This document shows positions 33,466 through 43,023 of a DNA stretch of 43,506 nt, piece after piece. Origin of the DNA: a virus. Lineage: Duplodnaviria > Caudoviricetes. Position 1 is the stretch's first letter; every line of letters starts with the position of its first letter. The notes beneath the pieces were generated by a model. That model was not told the DNA's origin, ran no database searches, and worked only from the letters and a program-made list of their open reading frames with translations. The position numbers and the translations under genes were made by a program. Where the stretch lies: IMG/VR virus record IMGVR_UViG_3300029818_000079, positions 1 through 43,506 of that record; one strand, written 5' to 3'.

Positions 33466-35823
33466 ATGGCAGCCAATCTAGGCACGCTCACGCTTGACCT
33501 GATCGCCAAGATCGGTGGCTTCACCGGGCCAATGGATCAGGCTGCGCGTCATTCGCAGAAGCGGGCGAAAGAAATAGAAAAGTCGATGACAAATGCCGCC
33601 GACGCGATCAAGACAGTAGTCGGCGCGCTTGCAGTCGGCGTGTCATTCACGCAGATCATTCGCGCTACCGCCGACTTCCAGAACGAGCAAGCCCAGCTTG
33701 CTGCTGTTCTCAAGTCGACTGGCGAAGCTGCCGGCTTTAGCCAGGGCAAGCTGAATGAGATGGCTGACGCGATCAGCCGTACAAGCATCCTGTCGGCTGG
33801 CGAGATCAACCAGGCACAAACCACGCTGCTTGCGTTTACCGGCATCGTCGGCGAAGAGTTCCCGCGTGCGCTGCAGACTGCCGTCGATATGGCATCCCGC
33901 ACCGGCATGTCCGTTGTGTCTGCATCAGAAACGATTGGTCGCGCGCTGGACATCCCGTCCAAAGGCCTCGCCGCACTCAGCAAACAGGGCTTTCGCTTCA
34001 CTGAGGATCAAAAGAAGCTTGCAGAGTACCTAGAGTCCACCGGCCGCACAGCTGAAGCGCAGGCGATGATCCTGCAGGCGCTAGAAGAGTCATATGGCGG
34101 TGCCGCAGAGGCAGCACGAAACACTCTTGGAGGCGCACTGACCGCGCTCAGCAACAGCTTCACAGACTTACTGACTGGTGAGAATGGCGTTGACGATGCA
34201 ACCAAGGCGATCAACAGCCTAACGGATACGCTAAGCGATCCACGGATCAAAGAGGCGTTTTCGACGATTGTCGCCGGGGTATTCAACGTCACTGAAGCCG
34301 TGGCTCGCGCGCTCCCGCATCTCGTCGAGTTCACTACGTGGGCCGCCGAAGAGCTGGCGTCTATCACGGTCGGCATTGCTGGCGACGATATTGTTCGGCT
34401 TGAGCAGGACGCCCAGCGTATCCGCGAGGTTCTGGACGGCGGGCTTGCAAGCGTAGGTCAGAGGATTAGGTTTTTCGGCCCTGATGGGGTGGTGAAGCTC
34501 TGGACTGACGCAGACCTGCGCAAGGAGCTTGATCGCCTCAACGGCGCAATCAACAGCTACTACCAGGCGCAGAGCGCGCCAGGCGAAAAGCCGGCCGCTT
34601 CGAAGCCTGTCATTGCACAAGACCTTCAAGCAGAGGCGAATGCTGCTGCAGCTGCCGCCGATGCGCAGGAGAAAGCTGACAAGGCTCGAATCCGAGCAAA
34701 CGAGGCTATCGAGCGCCAGATCGCCGCGCTGCAGATCCAGGCCGATACCGTTGCCATGTCTTCCGAGCAGGCGACGCTGTACAAGCTCCGCGTAGAGGGT
34801 GCAACCGACGCCCAGCTGGCCAATGCTGAAGCCGCGCTGTCGGCGGTGTCTGCCTACAAAGAGCAGGCGAAGGCGATCAAGGAACTCAACGACGCTCAGG
34901 AGCAAACAAACAAGGAAGCGGTGTCGATCATCGACTCGTTGCGCACCGAAGAGGAAGCGATCCGGGATTCATACGAGCGCCGCCGCCAGATCATCATGGA
35001 TGCCACGCTGCTGACGGCAGAGGAGCGCAACGAAGCGCTGCTCAGGCTGGAGCAGGAGCACAACGAGCAGATGATCGAGGTAAATGGCTCCTACTGGGAG
35101 CGCTACCTCTTGGCGGCTGAGGAAAACCTGCAGTCGTTCGACGAGCTGTCCGGCGTGATGCTGGAGAATTTCACCGGGCGGTTCGGTGACGCATTCGAGT
35201 CGATGGTTTTCGATGCCGAGACGTTCGGTGATGCAATTTCCGGCCTGGCCGAAGGCATGGCGCGATCTGTAGTCAACGCGCTAGGTCAGATGGCGGCGCA
35301 GTGGGTGGCGTATCACGCCGTCCAGTTGATGCTGGGCAAAACCAGCGAGGCGACTGCGGTTGCGAGTGCTGCAGTTGCCGGTACAAGCATTGCGGCAGCG
35401 TACGCCCCGGCTGCGGCTATGGCGTCGCTGGCGTCTTTCGGTGCGAACTCTGTTCCCGCTATGGCAGGCATCACAAGCACGGTCGGCCTCTCTCAAACGA
35501 TGGCTCTTGCCGGTATGGCGCACGACGGCATCGACGCCATCCCTGAAACCGGAACCTGGCTGCTGGAGAAGGGCGAGCGCGTCACTACTGCCGAAACTAG
35601 CGCCAAGCTGGACAAGACGTTGAGCGACATTCAATCAGGGGGAACTGGAGGACCTACAAGCGTCCAGATAATCAACAACGGCGAGCCAATGACAGCCAGA
35701 ACCGAACTGGATGGAAAAACGCTGAAGATCATCATGGATCGGGTAAACAGCGAGATCGCCAACGATGGCTCTGTGCATAACACAATCAGCCGCAAGTACG
35801 GAATCCAAGGGGTGGGGCAATGA
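33466..35823 (+). CDS. Tail tape measure protein
   Basis: LGTLTLDLIAK start, Ala-rich helical, AHDGID..GERV. Confidence 0.92.
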   Translation: MAANLGTLTLDLIAKIGGFTGPMDQAARHSQKRAKEIEKSMTNAADAIKTVVGALAVGVSFTQIIRATADFQNEQAQLAAVLKSTGEAAGFSQGKLNEMADAISRTSILSAGEINQAQTTLLAFTGIVGEEFPRALQTAVDMASRTGMSVVSASETIGRALDIPSKGLAALSKQGFRFTEDQKKLAEYLESTGRTAEAQAMILQALEESYGGAAEAARNTLGGALTALSNSFTDLLTGENGVDDATKAINSLTDTLSDPRIKEAFSTIVAGVFNVTEAVARALPHLVEFTTWAAEELASITVGIAGDDIVRLEQDAQRIREVLDGGLASVGQRIRFFGPDGVVKLWTDADLRKELDRLNGAINSYYQAQSAPGEKPAASKPVIAQDLQAEANAAAAAADAQEKADKARIRANEAIERQIAALQIQADTVAMSSEQATLYKLRVEGATDAQLANAEAALSAVSAYKEQAKAIKELNDAQEQTNKEAVSIIDSLRTEEEAIRDSYERRRQIIMDATLLTAEERNEALLRLEQEHNEQMIEVNGSYWERYLLAAEENLQSFDELSGVMLENFTGRFGDAFESMVFDAETFGDAISGLAEGMARSVVNALGQMAAQWVAYHAVQLMLGKTSEATAVASAAVAGTSIAAAYAPAAAMASLASFGANSVPAMAGITSTVGLSQTMALAGMAHDGIDAIPETGTWLLEKGERVTTAETSAKLDKTLSDIQSGGTGGPTSVQIINNGEPMTARTELDGKTLKIIMDRVNSEIANDGSVHNTISRKYGIQGVGQ

Positions 35824-36278
35824 TCGAGTATCCGCGCGAGTATTTGCCCCTACCGCTGCGCGAAGGCTATGCCTTCCAGGCGGTCAGCCCGATGCAGCGA
35901 ACCGAAATGCAAAGCGGGCGGGCTCGCCAGCGGCGGCGGTTTACATCGGTGCCGACCATGGCGTCCGTTGCGTGGATTCTCGATGACGTGCAAGCGCAGC
36001 TGTTTGAAGCGTGGTTCGAGGATGCGCTGAAGTCCGGATCGGAGTGGTTCGAGTGCCCACTGAAGACGCCAGAAGGCGGAATCCAGAACTATACGGCGCG
36101 CTTCACCGATATCTACCAAGGCCCAGCGCTGGTTGGCAAAAGCCACTGGCGTTTTACCGCTGAGCTTGAGCTGCGCGAGCGGCCGATTCTTTCGCCTGGA
36201 TGGGGCAAGTTCCCTGGCCTTATCGCTCAACAGAGCATCATCGACATCGCACTCAACCGTGAATGGCCTGAAGCATGA
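35820..36278 (+). CDS. Distal tail protein-like
   Basis: RTEMQSGRARQRRRF; follows tape measure. Confidence 0.75.
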   Translation: MIEYPREYLPLPLREGYAFQAVSPMQRTEMQSGRARQRRRFTSVPTMASVAWILDDVQAQLFEAWFEDALKSGSEWFECPLKTPEGGIQNYTARFTDIYQGPALVGKSHWRFTAELELRERPILSPGWGKFPGLIAQQSIIDIALNREWPEA

Positions 36279-36757
36279 CAATCCTCGAGCAAGTCTATGC
36301 GTCGGGCGGCGACGTGATCATCCATACGCTGGAGATCACGTGCGCTGCCTGGACTGATCCGATCCTACTGTGCGAGGGGTTCGAGAATCAGTCAGTTATC
36401 GACGAGAACGGTCGGTCTCTGACCTTCGAGGCGGCGGCCTTCCGGCTTGCCGAACCGGAGCGCAGCAACCGCGGCAGCCAGACGCTCGACTTTGCCGTTG
36501 ATGGCGTCATGGGCACTGCACAGCAGAAGGTCGATGCAGCCCTAGAGGCGGAAGAGCGCATCACGCTCATCTACCGCAAGTTCTTAGCATCGAACCTGAC
36601 TGAGCCGGCCGAGCGTCCGTATCGCATGACCATCCTAGGCGGCGAGATGAACGGCTCGACGGTCCAGCTGCAGGCAGGTTTCTTCGACCTGATCAACCGG
36701 CAGTGGCCGCGCGACGTTTACTCCACCACGTTCTCCCCTGGGCTGAGATACCTCTGA
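36275..36757 (+). CDS. DUF1833-family minor tail protein
   Basis: Position; HTLEI..WPR..FSPGL. Confidence 0.75.
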   Translation: MTILEQVYASGGDVIIHTLEITCAAWTDPILLCEGFENQSVIDENGRSLTFEAAAFRLAEPERSNRGSQTLDFAVDGVMGTAQQKVDAALEAEERITLIYRKFLASNLTEPAERPYRMTILGGEMNGSTVQLQAGFFDLINRQWPRDVYSTTFSPGLRYL

Positions 36758-37191
36758 TGCTCGATCCATACCTGTTCGCCCGATATGTGGACGGCCGGCG
36801 AGGCGAGGTCGTGGGCGGCGTTCGGGAATTCGACTGTTGGGGCCTGGCCATGGCGGTCCGCGAAGAGCTGCTTGGCCTGCCGCCGCTGCCTGATGCCGGC
36901 GTGATAAGCCGTCACCGACTGCGGGAATCGGCCAAGTCCTACCGGGTCTACGCCGACCTGATGCCTGAAGGCCCGCCAGTGCCCGGCGCTTTGGCTGCCG
37001 TCATGAGCGGCGAGCTATGCACGCACGTCGGCGTAGTCCTCGAACTGGACGGGATGCTGGCCGTGGCAGAGATCAACCCGAAATCCGGCTTTCGCTGGCT
37101 CCGCATAGCTGACTTCGAACGCACCTATTACCGAGTGAAATACCATGCCGATCGAGATTTACGCGAGCAAGTTTGCGGCCGAGCCGGCTGA
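36757..37191 (+). CDS. NlpC/P60-like tail assembly protein
   Basis: DCWGL..HVGV. Confidence 0.75.
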   Translation: MLDPYLFARYVDGRRGEVVGGVREFDCWGLAMAVREELLGLPPLPDAGVISRHRLRESAKSYRVYADLMPEGPPVPGALAAVMSGELCTHVGVVLELDGMLAVAEINPKSGFRWLRIADFERTYYRVKYHADRDLREQVCGRAG

Positions 37192-39826
37192 GCGCCACGA
37201 AACCAGCGATCGGATGACGGTTACTGCTTGGCTGTGCGCCAATGTGCCGAGCTTCGAGGCACGCGACAAGGCGCCGATCAGCGTTACGGTAAACGGCAAG
37301 GCGGTCGAGCCTGCTGCATGGGATGGTTTCGAATTCTCTCCGGCTGACCGCGTGTCGATCTGCGTAGAACCGAAAGGCAGCACGCTAGAGACGATTTTCC
37401 GCCCCGGTCCCCTGGCCAAGCTGTTCGGGCTCGGAAACCCGTTTGCTCAAGTCGCCCCAACCACACCGAAGGCGCGGCCACAGGGCAAAGACCTTTCGTT
37501 GGTGACGGCGAAAGGAAATCAGGTATCGCTGAACGCCGTGATTCCCGAGATTGCGGGGCGTTTCAAGCGGTATCCCGACTATCTCTTGCCGGCGCACCGA
37601 TACTTTGGCGGTCCGCGCGAGCAATGGATAGAGATGCTGCTTTGTGTCGGCAAGGGCAAATACGACATCCCGGCAAGCAAGATCTTGGTCGGCAATACGC
37701 CGATCATTTCGCTCGGCGCGGATGCTCAATACCAAGTATTCCAGCCTGGCTCAAACGTCTCTGGCGACAGCGCGTCGACCTGGTGGCATAGCGCTTCAGA
37801 GGTTGGTTCTACCTCTACTGGGACGGCAGGACTTGAGCTGAAGGCTACCTATGAGGTTGATCCAGTTCCCGATGCAAACTCGTACCAGCTGGGCGGATAT
37901 ACGGTCGCAGTACCGACCGGAGCCGGCCAATTCCCGGACGGCTGGGCTGCCGGCATGATTGTCAGGATTGAGGCAAGTTATCCGCACACCGTGATAGATG
38001 GCGGGGCAGGCCGCGACATAATCGAGGCGGACTTCAACCAGCTCGGCCCGTTTGTTGGGATGAAGATTGAGATAACCGGTGACAATGCTGGTCTGTATCA
38101 GATCGAGACCTACACTCCGCCAGTGGCGCCAAGCACAACGGGCCAGATCACACTGAGCTACGTAGGCGGCGGCGCTGTAACCGGTCTAAAAATCGGATCG
38201 GTATCCATGGGGATCGGTTACGCGGGGTTGCGCTACCGAATCACGGCCGCGGGCCTGTACTCGATCGCCGTCGAGCGACTGACCGATACTGGGGCGTCGG
38301 ATACATCGTGGACTGGCTTCGCTGCACTACAAAGCTCGGCTGTATCGATTTCGCTTGATGCATCAACCCAGCAGGGTGATTGGGCTGGCCCGTTCTGCGC
38401 GTGCCCATCTGGCGAAACTACCAACCTCATCGAATGGGACGTCATGTTTCCTGGCGGCCTAATTCACATCGGCAGCAAGGGGCAGCTGATTGAGCGCTCG
38501 GTTACGGTCGAAATCCAGTATCGAGACTTCGATGCAGCCGGGTCGTGGACATCCACAACAAAGATTATCAAGCAGAAAACCCTTGATCAGGTTGGCTTCA
38601 CATTTAGCCAGTCATTGCCGGCAATGATGCGTCCAGAGGTAAGAATGCGCCGAATCGGAGCCAAATCGACGAATACCAACATTCAGGACAGCGTCCAGTG
38701 GTACGGGCTGCGGGCAAAGCTGCAGGCGCCGACTAGCTATGAAGGCGTCACGGTCATGGCTGTCAGGTTGCGCGGCGGTGATCGTCTGGCGTCGCAATCT
38801 GAGGCGCTTGTATCGGTCGAGGCTACTCGTGTGCTTCCAGTGAGAAACGGCGGCTCGTGGGATGTGGAAACACCAACGCGCGACATCGTGCCGTGGGTCA
38901 TTCATGTGGCTCACTCGATCGGTTACACCGACGACGACTTGGATATGGCAGAACTGGACCGCCTGCACGCCATATGGAGCGCGCGTGGCGACTACTACGA
39001 CGCAGCTATAGAGTCGGCAGGCACAGTTAAGCAGTCATTGCTTGAGGCGCTGCAGGCTGGCTTTGCTGACTTCACCATCGACCGCGGCCTGATCCGACCT
39101 GTTCGTGATGAGCCGCGCACGGTCATGGAGCATCCTTACACGCCGCAAAACATGACCAAACCACTAAGCCGTCAGTTCTCTGCGCTCAAGCCTGATGACT
39201 TCGATGGCGTTGACGTTGAGTACGTCGACAGTCGCACATGGCAGAAGGAGACGGTGCAGTGCCGCCTGCCGGGAGATGCTGGTGTGCGCGTCGAGAAGAT
39301 GAAGCTCGAAGGCGTAACCGGAAAGACCAAAGCCTGGCGGATCGGAATGCGGCGCCGGATGGAGCAGAAGTACCGGCGCTGGTCGTACAGCTTCGGCACC
39401 GAGCTGGACGCGCTGAACAGTCGCTATCTCAGCTACGTTCCGCTTCAGGATGACGTTCCCGGATACGGCCAGAGCGCGCTGATGCTGAGCTACGACAGCG
39501 GCATCATCGAGTCGTCCGAGCCGCTTGACTGGTCTGCAGGCGGGGCGCACGTGGTCGGTATTCGTCGGCCAGATGGCACGCTGTCCGGTCCGTATGCCGC
39601 GACGCGCATCGATGACTATCGGCTATCGATCGCTGGCTTGGACTTCGCGCCTGACACCAGTTGGAGCATCGAGCCGCCGCACCTGCTGTTCGGCCCGGTC
39701 AACCGCTGGAGCTATCCGGCGCTGATCACGTCCATCAGTCCCAGCGGTACAGATGGCGCGTCGGTTGAAGCGGTCAACTACGACGCCCGCGTATACGCCT
39801 ACGACAACGCAACCCCGCCCGCCTAA
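37145..39826 (+). CDS. Tail tip/host specificity protein (J-like)
   Basis: 893 aa; IPEIAGR..YPD; VRDEPR; DGVDVEY. Confidence 0.85.
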   Translation: MPIEIYASKFAAEPAERHETSDRMTVTAWLCANVPSFEARDKAPISVTVNGKAVEPAAWDGFEFSPADRVSICVEPKGSTLETIFRPGPLAKLFGLGNPFAQVAPTTPKARPQGKDLSLVTAKGNQVSLNAVIPEIAGRFKRYPDYLLPAHRYFGGPREQWIEMLLCVGKGKYDIPASKILVGNTPIISLGADAQYQVFQPGSNVSGDSASTWWHSASEVGSTSTGTAGLELKATYEVDPVPDANSYQLGGYTVAVPTGAGQFPDGWAAGMIVRIEASYPHTVIDGGAGRDIIEADFNQLGPFVGMKIEITGDNAGLYQIETYTPPVAPSTTGQITLSYVGGGAVTGLKIGSVSMGIGYAGLRYRITAAGLYSIAVERLTDTGASDTSWTGFAALQSSAVSISLDASTQQGDWAGPFCACPSGETTNLIEWDVMFPGGLIHIGSKGQLIERSVTVEIQYRDFDAAGSWTSTTKIIKQKTLDQVGFTFSQSLPAMMRPEVRMRRIGAKSTNTNIQDSVQWYGLRAKLQAPTSYEGVTVMAVRLRGGDRLASQSEALVSVEATRVLPVRNGGSWDVETPTRDIVPWVIHVAHSIGYTDDDLDMAELDRLHAIWSARGDYYDAAIESAGTVKQSLLEALQAGFADFTIDRGLIRPVRDEPRTVMEHPYTPQNMTKPLSRQFSALKPDDFDGVDVEYVDSRTWQKETVQCRLPGDAGVRVEKMKLEGVTGKTKAWRIGMRRRMEQKYRRWSYSFGTELDALNSRYLSYVPLQDDVPGYGQSALMLSYDSGIIESSEPLDWSAGGAHVVGIRRPDGTLSGPYAATRIDDYRLSIAGLDFAPDTSWSIEPPHLLFGPVNRWSYPALITSISPSGTDGASVEAVNYDARVYAYDNATPPA

Positions 39827-39899
39827 CAACTAGCCAACACCACATAACGGACACGGCCCGCAAGGACGCCGTGCGATTTCGTTCGCCTGGAGTAAACGC

Positions 39900-41861
39900 A
39901 TGACTTTCAATACCGGAAACCCTGTTGGCTCGACCGACGCGCGGGATCTGTACGACAACGCGCAGAACTTCGACAAGTTCAGCATCGGAGAGGAACAGTC
40001 CTACCAAGACCGTCTCGGCGTGCTTCGCAAGAGCATCGCCGGAATGGAGGCGGATTTCGCCACGTTCTTGGCTGAATCTGGCTTTGAGCCCGAGGCTCTG
40101 CAGTATGTCGACGGATCTCCGCTCACGGTTGACCGGCCAACCCAGCTGATAACCAGAGCGGCGACGCCTGGCATCATGTACTCGGTAAAGCTGCCATCTT
40201 CGTTTCCGAAGACGCTTTCGGGAACTTGGTCTGCGGACGAGTCTCTCCTGATCGTCCGAGTGGACAGTTCACTTCGCACAGAGCTTGCTGCTGCTACCGG
40301 CGCATCGCTGGTCGGCTACCGCGGCAAGAGCCTCGATTTCTATCAGGGGCTCAAGGTCAGCCCTTATGCCTACGGCGCCGTTGGCGATGGTGTTGCGGAC
40401 GACAGCGTCCCGGTACAGCAGGCGATTGACGCAATCACGGCGGCGGGCGGCGGCACGCTTGAACTGTTCGGCCGGTTCCTCGTTGGGGGCCTGATCGTAG
40501 ATACGCCGTACGTCCTTATCACCGGCCGGTCCGAGCGCGACCAGCTGATCGTGAAGGGCGGCACGCTCGGCGTTCACGTCAAACAGCATTGGGTGAACTT
40601 CGAGAACATCACCGTCAAGAGCCAGGGCACCAAAGGCGACGGGCTTGGAACAAACGGCATTCTCTACGACAAAGGCGGAAACCTTAGCACTGGCTTTGTT
40701 TTCAACCAGAACCTGACGGTAACGGGCTTCAGCGGCTACGGCGTCAAGGTCGTTAACGCGATCAGCTACACCTGGCAGCGATGCTATGTTGTAGGCTGCA
40801 CAACCGGAGTTGAGTTTGCCCGCGACGCTGGGGGTCTGTCGTTTGGTACAACCGTGTTCTTCGATAACGTCTACGTCACGTCCTGCACGACCGGAATCAA
40901 AGGCGACCGCCTGTACCGCAGCCACTTTAATGTCATTGGCGAGTCGTGCGACTACGCGATGGACATGTTTGTTGGGGACTTCACGCTATACCGCTGCTAC
41001 TTCGAGAAGAACTTCATTCTCGGCGTGCGTGCGCAGAACTGCGCAGTTCAGGACCTGTTTACCTACAGCAACAACGCAACAACCGACGCGGTTAGCATCA
41101 CGTTCCAGTCTGGCGTAGTGGCCGCGCCTGATCGCGGATATATGCGGCAGAACCAGTACGACATAATTGCTAAGCGCCTGGCTGTTCTGGCTGGCTATGG
41201 AGTAGATCCGTACTACCTCGCCGGCCATGGCACCTCGCAGAACCTCGGGCTCAAGTACGGAGAAAGTACCGTCGCGCTGGTTCGAGGCGCTAACTTGCTG
41301 GACCCGTCCGCATGGGCACCGCAGCGTTCAGCCGAGCTTATCGGGTGGAGCCATCTGAAGCAGGGATATGAGATCAGCGGAACTTCCGCTGGCGACCTGA
41401 CCCACGGCATGCAGCAGACCGTCACGCTGGATAGCACCAAAACCTATGTGCTGGACTTCCGCTACACGCCGATCAGCGGAACGATTTCAACGCTACGGGT
41501 TGGCTCTGACGTAGTGACCAGCGGTGTTCCGTTCAAGCCTTCAGCGAACGGCGCGAACGTGGTTAAGGCGTTCGGTGCGTCCGCATCTACTGGCCTGGCC
41601 TTTGAGATGTATGTGCACGCCTTCACGCTGGCCGAAGTGGTTGCGGACGCCGGGCAGGTTGCCGAGGCAAACGACCGGCTGACTCGGCAGAAGCAGGGCC
41701 GCGGCGTGCAATATGCATCGGCTGCGCCAACTACCGGACGCTGGCGGCAAGGCGAGATCGTTTACAACACGGCTCCTAATGCTGGCGGCTTTGTTGGGTG
41801 GGTCTGCGTAGTGTCGGGCAGCCCTGGCACTTGGAAAACCTTCGGCTCGATCACTGCATAA
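39900..41861 (+). CDS. Tailspike, pectate-lyase-like beta-helix (putative depolymerase)
   Basis: FNTGNPVGSTDARDLYDNA anchor; YGAVGDGVADDS..QQAID; beta-rich body. Confidence 0.85.
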   Translation: MTFNTGNPVGSTDARDLYDNAQNFDKFSIGEEQSYQDRLGVLRKSIAGMEADFATFLAESGFEPEALQYVDGSPLTVDRPTQLITRAATPGIMYSVKLPSSFPKTLSGTWSADESLLIVRVDSSLRTELAAATGASLVGYRGKSLDFYQGLKVSPYAYGAVGDGVADDSVPVQQAIDAITAAGGGTLELFGRFLVGGLIVDTPYVLITGRSERDQLIVKGGTLGVHVKQHWVNFENITVKSQGTKGDGLGTNGILYDKGGNLSTGFVFNQNLTVTGFSGYGVKVVNAISYTWQRCYVVGCTTGVEFARDAGGLSFGTTVFFDNVYVTSCTTGIKGDRLYRSHFNVIGESCDYAMDMFVGDFTLYRCYFEKNFILGVRAQNCAVQDLFTYSNNATTDAVSITFQSGVVAAPDRGYMRQNQYDIIAKRLAVLAGYGVDPYYLAGHGTSQNLGLKYGESTVALVRGANLLDPSAWAPQRSAELIGWSHLKQGYEISGTSAGDLTHGMQQTVTLDSTKTYVLDFRYTPISGTISTLRVGSDVVTSGVPFKPSANGANVVKAFGASASTGLAFEMYVHAFTLAEVVADAGQVAEANDRLTRQKQGRGVQYASAAPTTGRWRQGEIVYNTAPNAGGFVGWVCVVSGSPGTWKTFGSITA

Positions 41862-41868
41862 GCCTAAC

Positions 41869-41892
41869 AGCCCCGCCAGCCGGGGCTTTTTT
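41869..41892 (+). terminator. Intrinsic terminator
   Basis: AGCCCCG..CGGGGCT + T run. Confidence 0.8.
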
Positions 41893-41909
41893 CTGCCTGG
41901 AAGAAAACC

Positions 41910-42389
41910 ATGACCCTCTCAGAAATTCGGGAGCGAGCCATAGCGCCCGCTCTCGCGCTGCTGCCTGCGCGGATGTCGAGCCGAGAGGCCGAGATCATGC
42001 TGCTGGCAATCACGCAGCAGGAAGACCCAGATCAGCGCCGGCGCCAGTGGCCGACCGGGCCGGCCCGCGGGCTGTACCAGTTTGAGCAGGGCGGTGGCGT
42101 GCGTGGGGTACTGAATCACCCGTCGAGCCGCGATCATGCCCGGCGCGTATGTGCTGCGCGTGGCGTTGCGCCGGAGCCTGCCGCTGTATGGGCCGCGCTC
42201 GAGCATGACGACGTGCTGGCCTCTGCGTTCGCGCGCCTGCTGCTCTGGACCGATCCGAAACTGCTGCCGAGCGAGCATGATGCGGCGGGCGGCTGGTCAC
42301 TCTACGAACGGTGCTGGCGGCCCGGAAAGCCACATCCCGGCCGGTGGCCGGAGAGGTTCGCCGCGGCTGTCCGTGAGGTGATGCGATGA
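41910..42389 (+). CDS. Putative endolysin (lysozyme-like fold)
   Basis: LLAITQQE..GPARGLYQFE; directly upstream of spanins. Confidence 0.7.
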   Translation: MTLSEIRERAIAPALALLPARMSSREAEIMLLAITQQEDPDQRRRQWPTGPARGLYQFEQGGGVRGVLNHPSSRDHARRVCAARGVAPEPAAVWAALEHDDVLASAFARLLLWTDPKLLPSEHDAAGGWSLYERCWRPGKPHPGRWPERFAAAVREVMR

Positions 42390-42877
42390 TCGCCCTGCTC
42401 AGGCAGTACAAGCTGATCGCTCTGGCAGCCGCTCTTGCGCTGGCGTTTGGCGCCGGAATGGTTGTGCGGGGCTGGTGGGCGGCGGCGATTATTTCTGGCC
42501 TGAATGCAGAACATTCAGCCTATCGAGAGGCTATCAGCCGCGAACATGCTGAGAAGCTGGTGGTGCTGGCTGGTGAGCAAAAAGCCCTTCAGCAGCGGCT
42601 CAGCGCCTTAGACCAACAACGATATGGAGAGCTGCGCCATGCACAGCAAGAAATTGAGCGGCTGTCTGCTGCTGTCGCTGATGGCTCTCGCCGGCTGTCA
42701 GTCCGCGCCAGTTGTCCAGCCGCCAGCTCCGGCCGCGTGGATGATGGAAGCCAGCGAGCCGACATTCACGAAGAGGATGCTCGACGTATTGTCGCCATCA
42801 CCGGAGACGCCGACGCCTGCGCCGTCAAACTGACCGCGCTGCAGGAGTGGGCGAGGGAAGTTACGAAGGGGGATTAG
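42386..42877 (+). CDS. Rz: Rz i-spanin
   Basis: N-terminal TM, coiled coil, RRLSVRASC, LTALQEW. Confidence 0.88.
   Translation: MIALLRQYKLIALAAALALAFGAGMVVRGWWAAAIISGLNAEHSAYREAISREHAEKLVVLAGEQKALQQRLSALDQQRYGELRHAQQEIERLSAAVADGSRRLSVRASCPAASSGRVDDGSQRADIHEEDARRIVAITGDADACAVKLTALQEWAREVTKGD
42639..42833 (+). CDS. Rz1: Rz1 o-spanin lipoprotein embedded in Rz
   Basis: Lipobox LAG-C, Pro-rich PPAPAAWMM; GGAG RBS; +1 frame. Confidence 0.8.
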   Translation: MHSKKLSGCLLLSLMALAGCQSAPVVQPPAPAAWMMEASEPTFTKRMLDVLSPSPETPTPAPSN

Positions 42878-42913
42878 GGTTGCCCGGACGGGCTGAGATG
42901 GATAGCAAAAAAG

Positions 42914-43022
42914 GTTGCTGAAATGTTGCTGAAACGGCCGGTCATCCACGGTCATTTACAGCGACTTTCAGCAACATTTTCCGCTAGAGGCCCCGTGTTT
43001 TGGGGCTTGTTTGGTGGAGCCG
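42914..43022. other. att-like region: arm-type repeats plus ssrA-like 3' end core
   Basis: GTTGCTGAAA x2 (42914, 42925) and inverted copy (42966); minus-strand CGGCTCCACCA (43022-43012) followed by GCCCC..GGGGC hairpin. Confidence 0.65.
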
Positions 43023-43023
43023 T

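Larger units (their letters stand above)
1..43022. mobile_element. Temperate lambdoid siphophage/prophage (HK97/D3-like head, long non-contractile tail)
   Basis: Complete module order from int to lysis; att-like site at right end; left att not in window. Confidence 0.95.

Noticed and set aside
37145-41861. Diversity-generating retroelement or invertible tail-fibre cassette
   Set aside because: No reverse transcriptase, invertase or TR/VR repeat pair seen
43012-43022. Complete tRNA/tmRNA gene
   Set aside because: Only 11 nt of acceptor-end sequence; no T-arm present
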